Source: Felis catus
Lineage: Eukaryota
Direction: 5' to 3'
Assembly (NCBI RefSeq): GCF_018350175.1
Contig: NC_058368.1
Coordinates: 82,834,001 to 82,898,000 of the forward strand
DNA length: 64,000 nucleotides
Shown: positions 34,821-47,499 of the stretch, one piece after another
How positions within the stretch are numbered: position 1 is the stretch's first letter
How the letters are laid out: each line of letters begins with the position of its first letter
Position numbers and translations under genes: made by a program
Notes under the pieces: generated by a model
The model's input: the letters and a program-made list of their open reading frames with translations, nothing else
Database searches by the model: none
Told to the model about the DNA's origin: nothing

Positions 34821-37800
34821 TTGATCCCAGTTGTGTCCAGGCGCTGAACCCAAAGCTGTGCCTTTGTCTCCCTGAGGTGCTGTCTTGAGGGCCCAAGGGA
34901 GGGTGCCCCTCTGGATAGTATTTGGTTTCCAAGGCCATAGAACTCTATTGGCCAGTGGTCAGGTAGGCCTCAGGAATCGTCTCCGACAGCCTTGTCCATG
35001 CCTTGGAAACAACATGCTGATGTTCCAGGTTCAATGCCGAGTGATCCTGCACCACTTCTGGACCCCAGGCATGTGGTGTTGTCATATATTTTACTGGGTC
35101 CCCATGGGTAGATAGCCTTAGGTAGGTTTATTGTGTGGTCTAGGCACGTTGCCACGGCCTAGGCAACTCCAGTGTCGTGACTTTCCTCATGCGCTGAAGT
35201 GAAGGCCCATGTGAAGGTGCGAAACAAGTGTAGGGTTAGGGTTCGAGATAGGGTTACGTTTCGGTTCAGTGTTCTGCTTAGTGTTAGGTTTAGGTTTTGG
35301 TTTAGGTCCAGGGGGCTCAAGGCACTGAAACCACAGCAGTGCAATTGTCTCCCCAAAGGGCTGCATTTAGGGCCCAATGGAGTGTGATGGTCAGGATTAG
35401 TCTTTGGGTTCCAAGGCCAGACAACTCTATGGCCTATTGGTCGAGTAGGACTCAGGAATTCTCTCAGGTAGCTGTAGCCAGGTTTTGGGAAATAAAATGG
35501 TGTTCTACGTTCTATGCCGTGTGATCCTGCACTGCTTCTGGACTCCAGTTTCGTGGTGTTATTAGACTTTTGCATTGGGTCCCCATAGGTAGAGAGCCTT
35601 AGCTAGGGTTAGGGTTTGTTCCAGGGAAGTCACCAGGGTCCAAGTGACTCCAGTCTCATGATCTCCCTCGAGGGCTGACGTGAGGGCGTATGCCACGGTG
35701 CGTGTTCAGTATACAGTTAGGGTTGGAGATAGGGTTAGGTTTTGGTTGAGGGTTCTGCTTGGGTTAGAGTAGTGTTAGGGTTAGGTCCCAGGAGGCTGTA
35801 GGTGCCGAATCCACAGCAGTGCAGCTTTCTCCCCAAAGGGCTAAGTTGAGTGTACAAGGGTTGTTGCCGGTCAGGATTAGTCTTTGGAATCCAAGGACAG
35901 ACAACTCTTTGGGCCACTGGTCGGGTAGGCCTCAGGAATCGTCTTGGGCAGCTGTAGCCGGGCCTTGGAAACGACATGGTGATGTTCCAGGTTCTATGCT
36001 GAGTGATCCTGCACTGCTTCTGGACCCAAGGCGTGTGGTGTTGTCACATGTGGGTATTGGGTCCCCATGGGGTGAGAGCCATAGCTAGGGTTAGAGTCCG
36101 GTTCAGGGACCTCGAGAGGGCTCAAGGGACTCCAGTCTCGTGATCTCTTTCGAGGGCCAAAGTGAGGGCCCATGCGAAAGTGCAAGTCCAGTGTAGGGTT
36201 AGGGTTCGAGATAAGGTTAGGTTTCGGTTGAGGGTTCTGGTCAGAGTTAGGGTTAGGGTTAGGGTTAGGGTTAGGTTCCATGAGGCACCAGGAGCTGAAC
36301 CCACAGCAGTGCAGTTGTCTCCCCGAAGGGCTGAGTTGAGGGCACAAGGAAGGTTGCCTTTCAGGATTGGTGTTTGTTTTCCAAGGCTAAACATCTCTTT
36401 GGGCCACTGGTCGGGTAGTTCTCATAATCCTCTTGGGAAGCTGCACCCGGGAAAAGACTTCGTGGATATTCCAGCTTGTTTGCTGAGTGATTCTGCACCT
36501 TTTCTAGACCCCTCGTGTGTGGTTTTGGTACACATGGGTATTGTGTACCCATTGGAAGAGATCCTTAGCTAGGGTAAGTGTTCAGTCCAGGGATGTCGCC
36601 AGGCCCAAATCGACTCCAGTCTAGTGATTTCTCTCCAGGACTGAAATAAGGGCCCATGCCAAGGTGTGGGTCAAGTTTAGGGTTAGGGTTTTAGATAGGG
36701 ATATTTTTCAGTTGAGAGTTCTGTTTAGGTTTAGGGTTAGTGTTAGGGTGTGATCCCAGGAGACTCCAGGCACAGAACCCACAGCAGTGCAGTTGTCTCC
36801 CCTAAGGGCTGAGTTGAGAGCACAAGGTGTTTGCTGGTTAGGATTAGTCTTTGTGTTCCAAGGCCAGGCAAGTCTATGGGCTACTCGTCTGGTCAGCCTC
36901 AGGAATCCTCTCGGGCAGCTGCAGCCAGGCCATAGAATTGAAATAGTGATATTCCATGTTCTGTGCTGAGTGTACCTGCACTACTTCTGGACCCCAGGCA
37001 CGTGGTGTTTTCTCACCTTGGTATTGTGTCCCCATGGGGAGAGAGCCCTAGCTTGGGTTAGGGTTCGGTCGAGGGACGTCGCCAGGGCTGAAGCAACTCT
37101 ATTCTCCTGATCTCCCTTGAGGGCTGAAGTGAGGGGCTATGCGAAAGTACTGGTCGAATGTATTGATCGGGTCCGAGATAGGGTAAGGTTTCGATTGAGG
37201 GCTGTGCTTAAGGTTAGGATTAGGGTTATGGTGAGGTCCCAGGATGCTCCAGGCGCTGAACCCACAGCAGTGCAGTTGTTTTACTGAAGGGCTCATTTGA
37301 GGGCACAATTGAGGGTGCCGGTCAGGGTTAGTCTTTGTGTTCTATGGCCAGACAACTCTATGGGCTACTGGTCTGGTAGGCCTCAGGAATTCTCTTGGGC
37401 AGCTGGAGCCGGGCCTTGGAAACAACATAGTGATGTTCCAGGTTCTATTCCAAGTGATCCTGCACCGGTTCTGGATCCTGAGGCATGTGGTGTTGTCAGA
37501 CCTTGGTATTGGGTCCCCATGGGGAGAGGGCCTTAGCTAGGGTTAGGGTTCAGTTCCGGGACGTCGCCAGGGAAGATACGACTCCAGTCTCATGACCTCC
37601 CTTGAGGGCTGAAGTGAGGTCCATGTGATGGTGCGGGTCAAGTGTTGGGTTAGGGTTCTAGATAGGGTTAGGTTTCGGTTGAGGGTTCTGTTTAGGGTTA
37701 GTGTTAGGTCCCAGGAGGCTCCAGGCACTGAACCCACAGCAGTGCAGTGGTCTCCCGGAAGGGCTGAGTTGAGGGCACAAGGGGCGGTGCCGGTCACGAT

Positions 37801-40800
37801 TAGTCTTTGGGTCCCAAGGCCAGAGAACTCTATGGGCCAGTGGTTGGGTAGGCCTCAGGAATCGTCTTGGGCAGCTGCAGCTGGGCCTTGGAAATGACAT
37901 GGTGATGTTCCACGTTCTATGCCGAGTGATCATGCACCTTTTCTAGACCCCAGTTTGTGGTGTTGTCATATACTGTTATTGGGTCCCCATGGGTAGACAG
38001 CCTTATCTAGGGTTAGAGTTCGGTCCAGGGACATCACTAGGGCCTAGGCGACTCCAGTCTTGTGACCTTCCTCGAGGGCTGAAGTGAAGGCCCATGCGAT
38101 GGTGCAAAACAAGTGTAGGGTTTGGGTCGAGATAGTGTTGGGTTTTTTTGAGGGTTCTGCTTAGGGTTAGGGTTAGGGTTAGGTCCCAGAAGACTCCAGG
38201 TGCTGAACCCACAGCAGTGCAGGTGTCTCCCTGATGGGCTGACTTGCAGTCACAAGGGACGGTGCTTATCAGGATTAGTGTTTTTGTTCCAAGGCCAGAC
38301 AACTCTATGGGCCACTGTTCGGGTAGGCCTCAGGAATCCTCTTGGGCAGCTGTAGCTGGGCCTGGGAAATGACATGGTGATGTTCCAGGTTCTATGCTGA
38401 GTGATCCTGCACTGCCTCTGGATCCCAGGTGCGTGGTGTTGTCAGACTTTGGTATTGGGTCCCTATGGGGAGAGAGCCTTAGCTACGGTTAGGGTTTGGT
38501 CCAGGGATGTTGCCAGGGCCAAAGAGATTCCAGTTTTGTGGTCTCCCTTGAGGGCTTGAGTGAGGGCCCATGCGACGGTTCATGTCACGTATAGGATTAG
38601 GGTTTGAGATAGGGTTAGGTTTTGGTTGAGGGTTCTGGTTAGGGTTAGGGTTCTGTTTCTGGTTAGGTTAGGGTTTGAGTTAGGACCGAGGTGGTCCAGG
38701 TGCTGAACCCACAGCAGTGCAGTTGTGTCCCTGAAAGGCTGAGATGAGGGCACAAGGGGCGGTGCCGGTCACGATTAGTCTTTGGGTTCCAAGGCCAGAA
38801 ACCTCTATCGGCCAGTGGTCGGGTAGGCCTCAGGAATCGTCTTGGGCAGCTGTAGTGGGGCCTTCGAAACTGCATGGTGATGTTCCAGGTTCTATGCTGA
38901 GTGATCCTGCACTGCCTCTGGATCCCAGGTGCGTGGTGTTTCAGACTTTGGTATTGGGTCCCTATGGGGAGAGAGTCTTAGCTACAGTTAAGGTTAGGGC
39001 CAAGGACAATGCCAGGGCTGATGCGACTCCAGTCTATTCATATCTATTGAGGGCTGAAGTGAGGGCCCATGGTACAGTGCAGGTCAAGTGTGGGGTTAGG
39101 GTTCTAGTTAGGGATTGGTTTCAGTTGAGGTTTCTGGTTTGGTTTAGAGTTAAGGTCAGGGTTAGGGTTAGTGTTAGGGTTAGGTCCCAGGAGGGTCTAG
39201 GCGCTGACCCCACAACAGTTTTGATATCTCCCGGAAGGGCTCATTTGAGGGCACAAGCAAGGGTGCCAGTCAGGATTAGTCTTTGGGTTCCAAGGCCAGA
39301 CAACTCTATGGGCCACTGTTCAGGTAGGCGCAGGAATCATCTCGGGCAGCTGTAGCTGGGCCTGGGAAATGACATGGTGATGTTCCAGGTAATATGCCAG
39401 GTGATCCTGCACTGCTTCTGGACCAAAGGTGTTTGGTTTTGTCAGACTTTGGTATTGGGTCCCCATTGGAAGAGAGCATTAGCTAAAGTTAGGGTTAGGT
39501 CCAGGGCGTCACCAGGGCCAATGCGACTCCAGTCTCATGATCTCCCTCGAGGGCTGACATGAGGGTCATGTGATGGTGCGGGTCAGTGTAGGGTTTTGGT
39601 TGGAGATAGGGTTAAGATTCAGTTGAGGGTTATGGTGAAGGTTATTGTTAGGGACAGGGTTAGGTCCCAGGAGGTTCCAGGTGGTGTACCCACAGCTGTG
39701 CAGTTGTGTGCCTGAAGGTTTGAGTTGAGGGCACAAGGAAGGGTGCCAGTCAGGATTAGTTTTGGGTTCAAAGTCCCTCAACTCTCTGGGCCACTGGTCA
39801 GGTAGGCCTCAGGAATCCTTTGGGCAGCTGCAGCCGGGTTGGGAAACGACATGCTGATGTTCTAGGTTCAATGCCAGGTGATCCTGCACCGCTTCTGGAC
39901 CCCAGGCACGTGGTGTAGTCAGACTTTGGTATTGGGTCCCCATGGGGAGAGAGCCTTAGCTAGGGTTAGTGTTCAGTCCAGGGATGTCGCCAAGGCCAAA
40001 GCGACTCCAGTCTTGTGATCTCCCTCAACAGCTGAAGTGAAGGCCATGCGATGGTGCAGGTCAAGTGTAGGGTTAGTGTTCGAGATAGTGTTAGGTTTTG
40101 GTTGAGGGTTCTCAGGGTTATGTTTAGGATTAGGGTTAGGACCCAGGAGGTCCAGGCGGTCAACCCACAGCAGTGCAGTTGTCTCCCCAAAGGCCTGTGT
40201 TGAGGGCACAAGGGAGTCTGCCTTTTTGGATTAGTCTTTGTGTTCCAAGGCCACACAACCCTATGGGCCACTCTTCGCGTAGGCCTCATGTATCCTCTCG
40301 GGCAGCTGCAGCCGGACCTGGGAAATGACGTGGTGATGTTCCAGGTCTATGCTGATTGATCCTGTACTTCTTTTGGACTCCAGGTGCATGCTGTTCCAGG
40401 TTATGCCGAGTGATCATCCACCGCTTCTCGACCCCAGGCACCTGGTGATGTCAGACGTTGGTACTGGGTCCCCAAGGGGAGAGAGACTTAGATATGGTTG
40501 CAGTTCGGTCCAGGGACATCGCCAGGGCCAACGTGAGTCCAGTCTCATGATCTCCTTTGAGGGCTGAAGTGAGGGTTATGCAACAGTGTGTGTCATGTAA
40601 GTTTTTGGCTCGCTATAGGGTTAGGGTCCGGTTGAGGGTTCTCGTGAGTGTAGGGTTAGGGTTAGGGTTAGGGCCCAGGATACTCCAGGTGCTGAGCCCA
40701 CAGCAGTGCAGTTGTGTCCCCGAAGTGCTGAGTTGAGGGCACAAGTAGGGGTGCCGGTCAGGATTAGTATTTGGGTTCCAAGGCCAGTCAACTCTATGGG

Positions 40801-43800
40801 CCACTGGTCAGTAGGCCTCCGGGATCCTCTCGTGCAGCTGCAGCCTGGTCTTGGAAATGACATGGTGATGTTCCAGGTTGTATGCCAGGTGATCCTGCAC
40901 CTCTTCTGGACCCCAGGTGTGTTGTTGTCAGACTTTGTTATTGTTTCCCGTGGAGAGAGACTTAGCTATGTTTAGGGTTCGGTTCCAGGATGTCACCAGG
41001 GTGGAAGTGACTCCAGTCTCATGATCTCCCTCGAGGGCTGAAGGGAGGGCCCATGTGATGGTGCGGGTCAATTGTAGGTTAGGGTTAGAGATAGGGTTAG
41101 GTTTCGGTTGAGGGTTGTTGTTAGCGTTAAGTTTAGGGTTAGGATTAGGTCCCAGGAGGCTCCAGGCACTGAACCCACAGCAGTGCAGTTGTGTCCCCGA
41201 AGGGCTGAGTTGTGGGCACATGGGAGCATGCCAGTCAGGATTAGTCTAGGGTTCCAAGGCCAGACAACTCTATCGGTCACTGGTTGTGTAAGCCTCAGGA
41301 ATCCTCACGGGCAGCTGCAATCGGGCCTTCTAAATGACATGGTGATGTTCCAGGTTCTATACCGAGCAAACCTGCACCGCTTCTGGACAACAGGCGCGTG
41401 GTGTTGTCAGACTCTGGTATTGGGTCCCCATGGGGAGAGAGCCTTATGTAGGGTTAAGGTTAGGTCCAGGGACGTCGTCAGGGCTGAAGCAGCTCCAGCC
41501 TCCTGATCTCCCTCATGGGGTGAAGTGAGGACCCAAGGGACGTTGCGTGTCAAGTGTAGGGTTAGGGTTCAAGATAGGGTTACGTTTCGGTTGAGGGTTC
41601 TGGTTAGGGTTAGGTTTAGTGTTACTGTTAGGTCCCAGGATGCTCCAGGCACTGATCCCACAGCAGTGCAGTTGTGTCCCTGAAGGGAAGAGTGCAGGAC
41701 ACATGGGAGATGCCAGTCAGGATATGTCTTTGGGTTCCAAGGCCAGACAAGTCTATGGGCCACTGGTCGTGTATGCCTCAGGAATCCTCATGGGCAGCTG
41801 CAGCTGGGCCTTGGAAACGACATGGTGGTGTTCCAGGTTCTATGCCTAGTGATCCTGTACCGCTTGTGGACCCCAGGCGCATGGTCTATTCACAATTTAG
41901 TATTTGGTCCCCAAGGGGAGAGAGCCTTAGCTAGGATTATGGTTTGGTCCAGGGACGTCGCCAGGGCCAAAGCGACTCCAGTCTCATGATTTCTCTCGAA
42001 GCCTGAAGTGAGGGCCCATGGTACGGGGTGGCGTTAGGTTTCAGTTGAGGTTTCGGGTTAAGGTCAGGGTTAGGGTTATGTCCCAGGAGTCTCCAAGCGC
42101 TGAACCCATAGCAGTGCCGTTGTCTCCCAAAAGGGCTGAGTTGAGGGCACAAGGGAGGATGCTGGTCAGGATTAGTCTTTGGGATACAAGGCCAGACAAC
42201 TCATTGGGCCACTGGTCGCATAGACCTCAGGCATTCTCTTGGGCAGCGGCAGCTGGGCCTTGGAAATGACATGTTGTTGATCCAGGTTCTATGCCGTGTG
42301 ATCCTTCACCACGTCTGTTACTCAGGTGTGTGTTGTCAGACTTTTACATTGGGTTCCCTTGGGGAGAGAGCCTTATCTAAGCTTAGTGTTTGGGCCAGGG
42401 ACATCGCCAGGGCCGACGCCACTACAGGCTCGGATCTCCCTAAAGGCATGAAGTAAGGTCCCAGAAGGCAGTGCTGGTCATGTTTATGGTTAGGGTTTGA
42501 GATAGGGTTAGGTTTCAGTTGAGGGTTCTGGTTCAGGTTAGGTTTAGTGTTAGGGTTAGGTGCAGGAGTCTTGATGCTCTGAACCCACAGCAGTGCAGTT
42601 GTGTCCCTGAAGGTCTGAGTTTAGGGCACAAGGGAGGGTGCTGGTCAGGATTAGTCTTTGTGTTCCAAGGTCATTCTATTCTATGGGTCACTGGTCGGGT
42701 AGGCCTCTGGAATCCTCTCAGGCAGCTGCAGCCAGGCATGGGAAACAACCTGGTTATGTTCCAGCTTCTATGCCGAGTGATCCTGTACCGCTTCTGGACC
42801 CCAGGCGCGTGGTGTCAGACTCTGGTATTGGGTCCCCATGGGGAAAGAGACTTAGGGAGGGTTAAGGTTAGGTCCAGGGACGTCTCCAGGGCCAAAGCAA
42901 CTCCAGCCTCATGATCTCCCTCAAGGGGTGAAGTGAGGGCCCAAGTGATGGTGTGGGTCAAATGTAGGGTTAGGAATCAAGATAGGGTTACGTTTCGGTT
43001 CAGGATTCTGGTTAGGGTTAGGTTTAGTGTTAGTGTTAGGTCCCAGGAAGCTCCAGGCACTGAACCCACAACAGTGCAGTTGTCTCCCCTAAGGGCTGAG
43101 TTGAGGGCACAAGGGAGGGTGCCGGTCAGATTAGTCTTGGGTTCCAAGGCCAGACAACTCTATGGGCCACTGGTCGGCTATCCCTCAGGAATCCTCTCAG
43201 ACAGCTGCAGCTGGGCCTGGGTAACAACCTGGTGATGTTCCAGCTTCTATGCCTAGTGATCTTGCACTGCTTCTGGACCCCAGGCGCATGGTGTAGAAGA
43301 CTTTCGTATTGGGTCCCCATGGGGAGAGAGCCTTAGCTATGGATAGGGATCGGTCCAGGGACATCGCCAGGGCTGAAGTGACTCCTGTCTCGTGATCTCC
43401 CTAGAGGGCTGAAATTAGGGCCATGCCATGTTTCAGTTCAAGTTTAGGGTTTTGGTTCAAGATAGGGTTAGGTTTCGGTTGAGGGTTATGCTGAGATTTA
43501 GGGTTAGGGTCAGGATTAGGTCCCAGGAGACTCCAGGCACTGATTCCACTGCAATGCAGTTGTCTCCCCGAAGGGCTGAGTTGAGGGCACAAGCGCAGGT
43601 ACCGGTCATGATTAGTCTTTGGGTCCATGACCAGACAACCCTATGGGCCACTGGTCATGTACGTCTCAGGTATCCTCTCGGGCAGGTTCTGCCCATCCTT
43701 GGCAACAAACAGTGATGTACCAGGTTCCATGCTGAGTGATTCTACACCGCTTCTGGACCCCAGGCACGTGGTGTAGTCAGACTTTGGTTTTGGGTCCCCA

Positions 43801-44581
43801 AGTGAGAGATCTTTAGCTACGGTTATCTTTCTCTCCAGGGATGTCGCCAGGGCCAAAGTGACTCCAGTCTTGTGATCTCTCTTGAGGGCTGAAGTGAGGG
43901 CCCACGCGATGGCGTAGGGTCAATGTAGCGTTAGGGATCGAAATAGGGTTAGGTTTCGGTTGACGGTTCTCGTTAGGGTTTTGTTTAGTGTTAGGGTTAG
44001 GTACCAGGATGCTTCAGGCAGTGAAACCACAGCAGTCCAGTTGTCTCCCCGAAGGTCTCAGTTGGGGGCACAAGGGTGGTGTTGGTCAGGGTTAGTCTTT
44101 GGGTTCCATGGCCAGAAGCTCTATGGGCCACTGGACGGGTATGCCTCAGAAATCATCTCGGGCAGCTGCAGCCGGGCCTTGGAAACAACATGGTGATGTT
44201 CCAGGTAATATGCCAGGTGATCCTGCACCACTTATGAACCCCAGGCGCGTGGTGTCAGACCTTTGTGTTGGGTCCCCATGGGGAGAGACCCTTAGCTATG
44301 GTTAGGGTTGTGTCCAGGGACATTGTCAGGGCTGACACGACTCCAGTGTCCTGATGTCCCTTGAGGGCTGAAGTGAGGGCCCATGTTACGGCGCGGGTCC
44401 AGTGTAGTGTTAGGGTCGAGACAGGGTTATGTTTTGGTTGAGGGTTCTGGTTAGGGTTAAAGTTAGGGTGAGCGTCAGCGTTAGGTCCCAGGAGGCTCCA
44501 GGCATTGAATCCACAGCAGTGTATTTGTTTCCCCGAAGGTCTGAGTTGAGGGCACAAGGGAGGGTGCTGGTCAGTAGTCTT
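34821..44581 (+). repeat. FA-SAT satellite array, ~21 head-to-tail monomers
   Basis: Anchor ccacagcagtgcagttgtc occurs 20 times from ~35331 to ~44511, mean spacing ~483 bp (the known FA-SAT monomer length), plus one at ~34850; each monomer contains TTAGGG hexamers. Confidence 0.93.
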
Positions 44582-46227
44582 CTTTATAGCAAGTTCACGT
44601 TTACCTGAGTTGAATGGACTCCCTGAGTCTGCCCTCAGCTCTGACTGTGCTTGAGGCTGTTCTGGTTATAGTTAGGGGTAAAACCCGGAGAGAGATACGC
44701 AGGAAATTTCATGGCGGCTAAGGTGGTAGAGCATTGGAGAGAAAGTGTTCTGAACCGGGAAGAGAACAGTCTCATTTCTCCCAATCCACAAACATCTGCC
44801 ATCTTTGTTGTCTACCACTCTTCAGCTGCCTCCTCCCTTCATGGGGTGCTTATAAGCAGGCAGGTGAGCAGGGGCCATTCCCACTTGAGGGGGCCTTCCT
44901 GAGAGTTGCATCTTCCAGAATTTGATCATTGCAGGGCAACTTTTAGTAGAGTTTTGAACAAAAATGCAGTAGCCATTTGACCAGTATCACCCAGGCAGAA
45001 GCGCGGGGAATGTGAAAGAGTACTCAGCCCAGCACCACTGCCAGCAGAAAGTGACCTTCTGGTTGGACCTGATGCTGCCCGGAACCTACCAGGAGGGTAA
45101 AGAAGCTGATCTAGACTCAACACAACTCGAGCTTGTCCACTTTTGGGGCTTACACAACAGAGCTTTGAGGAAACAGCCTTTGTGTTGTAGCCTAGTACAC
45201 ACACATCTGAATGGGTATATATGTAGCCAAAAGAGAAGTTTCACAAAACACTTCTTACATGTGATGTCTTAGGATTTCTTTAAAATCGATCTTTGCCTCT
45301 ATAAAATGGATATCACAACCTAATAATCTGATTTCACAATCAATTAGGCAGTCACAGTAGCTAAACACTGTTCTGATGTATAATTTATCACGGCAGCATT
45401 GAGAGTTCTTTCCAAACGAACATCATACTTTTACCTAATATCACATCTTACTGTATTAGTTCTATCTGTAATGATTAAATTATCTGCTAATTGTGGAGAG
45501 TTATTGACACAGAGTGGTATAGGCATTTAAGGGAATCAATAATCTGTCCCTTGTTAAAGCATTACTAAACTGTGGTCGCAGAATTTCCATCTGTCGCCTC
45601 TGTCCCAGGGACTTCCTGCTATTTACCCAGGGATTCTTTGCTGGTCTCTGCTTCTGTGCTCTGGCTGAGTTTCTCTCTTTTCCCTGTCACTTCCTTGGGG
45701 CTTGATTTGCCCTTTGGGAATGGCTTCTGCCACGTTAAACTTCCCCTTCACCTCCTATATTTTCTCAACCTCTTTTGCTTTCTTAGGCATCTCTTCAACT
45801 GCTCTGGTTCTCTCTGCCTCTTCCAGTTGGTTCGTTCACATGAGCTAAATGATTGTGGACTCACTGTTAGTACAGTCACCACACATCATCACTGGGATGG
45901 CTCGGCCCATAGCAGCTTGTAAAAGCAGGGCCCTGGAAGAATGGGCAAACCAAGTAGGGATAAAGAAGTTACCCTTCGGTAATGGAAGACTCCATATTAC
46001 CTAAGAGGCAGTGTCTGTGCTAAACACTTTCCTGGAATGCTGGTCAAGTCAATTCTTGGCTTTAGCAGATAGTGCCCTGCAGTTAAGAGACAAAACATAC
46101 CTAATGCCTTGTTTCCCGAGATTATTTCAAACATGAAGCTAATACCTTGTATATAGAAGCTTTGGGTATTATGACAGTGGTAAAACACCTCGAAGTTCTC
46201 ATAACCTGTGACCTTTGTCCTTACTTG

Positions 46228-46970
46228 TCTTAGTATTCGGTTGCTACATAATAAATTACTACAAACTTATTACAGTAAAACCTTGGATTGCAAGCAACTC
46301 ATCCTGCAGGTGTTCTGCAAGACAAGCAAACATTTCTAATAAATCTTAAGTTGATAAACAAGTGATGTCTTGCAATACAAGTTGTACATGATGCTGAATG
46401 TCACGTGATCACAACTGAGCCAGTGGTTCTTGAAATTTGATTATACGAGTGCTTTGGATTACAAGAAGTTTTCTGGAATGAAGTATGCTCGCAAACCAAG
46501 GTTTTACTGTATATTTATTATCTTATAATTTTTATAGATGACAAGTCTGGGCATAGCATCTATGAGTCCTCTGCTCTGGGTCCCACAAAGCTGAAATCAG
46601 GAAGTTGGCTGGGTTGTGTCCTCATCTGTAGCTTGGGGTTCTGTAAGTTCATGCAGGTTGGCAGAGTTCAGTTCCTTGTCCTTGTCAGACTGAGGTGCCA
46701 GTTTCCTCATTGGCTGGTTGGTGGTTGCAGTCAGCTTCTGGAGACCACCCTCAGTCCAAGACATGTGTGCCTCTGACAACACAGTAGCTACTTCTTGAAG
46801 CCAGCAGGAGAGCCTTAAATAACATACAACCTTACATAATATTCTATAATCATGGGGGTGGCCATTTCATCGTATTCATAGGACCCCTTGCTAGGAAAGG
46901 GGATCGTGCACACCACATACACAAAGAGGTGAGAATCTTGGGGCCATCTTTGAAACCTGCTTGTCATATT
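46228..46970 (-). mobile_element. MaLR (MLT1-like) LTR interrupted by a MITE
   Basis: tgtcttagt...ttgctacataataaattactacaaactta / tttattatcttata...tcccacaaagctgaaatcagg...gaatcttggggccatctt. Confidence 0.65.
46273..46509. mobile_element. Tc1/mariner (Tigger-like) MITE, 237 bp
   Basis: 24-bp TIRs cagtaaaaccttggattgcaagca / tgctcgcaaaccaaggttttactg (2 mismatches), TA on both flanks. Confidence 0.9.
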
Positions 46971-47499
46971 ATCACATTTATCATGAATCCAGAGTAATTG
47001 CTGAGGATTCTCCTTACTGATGCATAATAGAAAAGAGTTTCATCTCTTTTCATTTACAATTAATTGTTTGGACTCCAACTACCCTAAAAGCAAGAAGTCC
47101 TTTTTCTCCCTTGAATGCTCCCCTCTTTCTCCACACAGATGTGCACATGCATACACACACGCACATGAGCACACACATATTGGTTACCCAGGACCATGGA
47201 GATTCTTGAGGAGGAGGGCACCACAGGGTCACTGTGGACGATGCTGTGCATCACATTAGCAGAGGGTGCTGTTTGGGCAGTGCTGGGTCCTTGCTGGTCC
47301 AGCCCTGGCCCAGATTCCCTACCCCCACTCCCAGCCCCCTGAACAGGGCAGTTCATCTCCTCTCATGCTCTATGCCTAACCACTCTTCTCCACAATGCAA
47401 CCACAGTCTCTGTGCGACTGGGACTGGAGGGGCAGCAGGTCCAGCCACCCCAGAGCCACACTCCTCCACCACTGAGGCCCTTGTGCTGGCCCAGGTCAT

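Noticed and set aside
33651..44557. Many ORFs with VRVR/LTLT/NPNP runs
   Set aside because: Translations of satellite and telomeric hexamers.
34821..44581. Regularly spaced repeat array as a CRISPR-like system
   Set aside because: Whole monomers are homologous with no unique spacers; mammalian satellite DNA.
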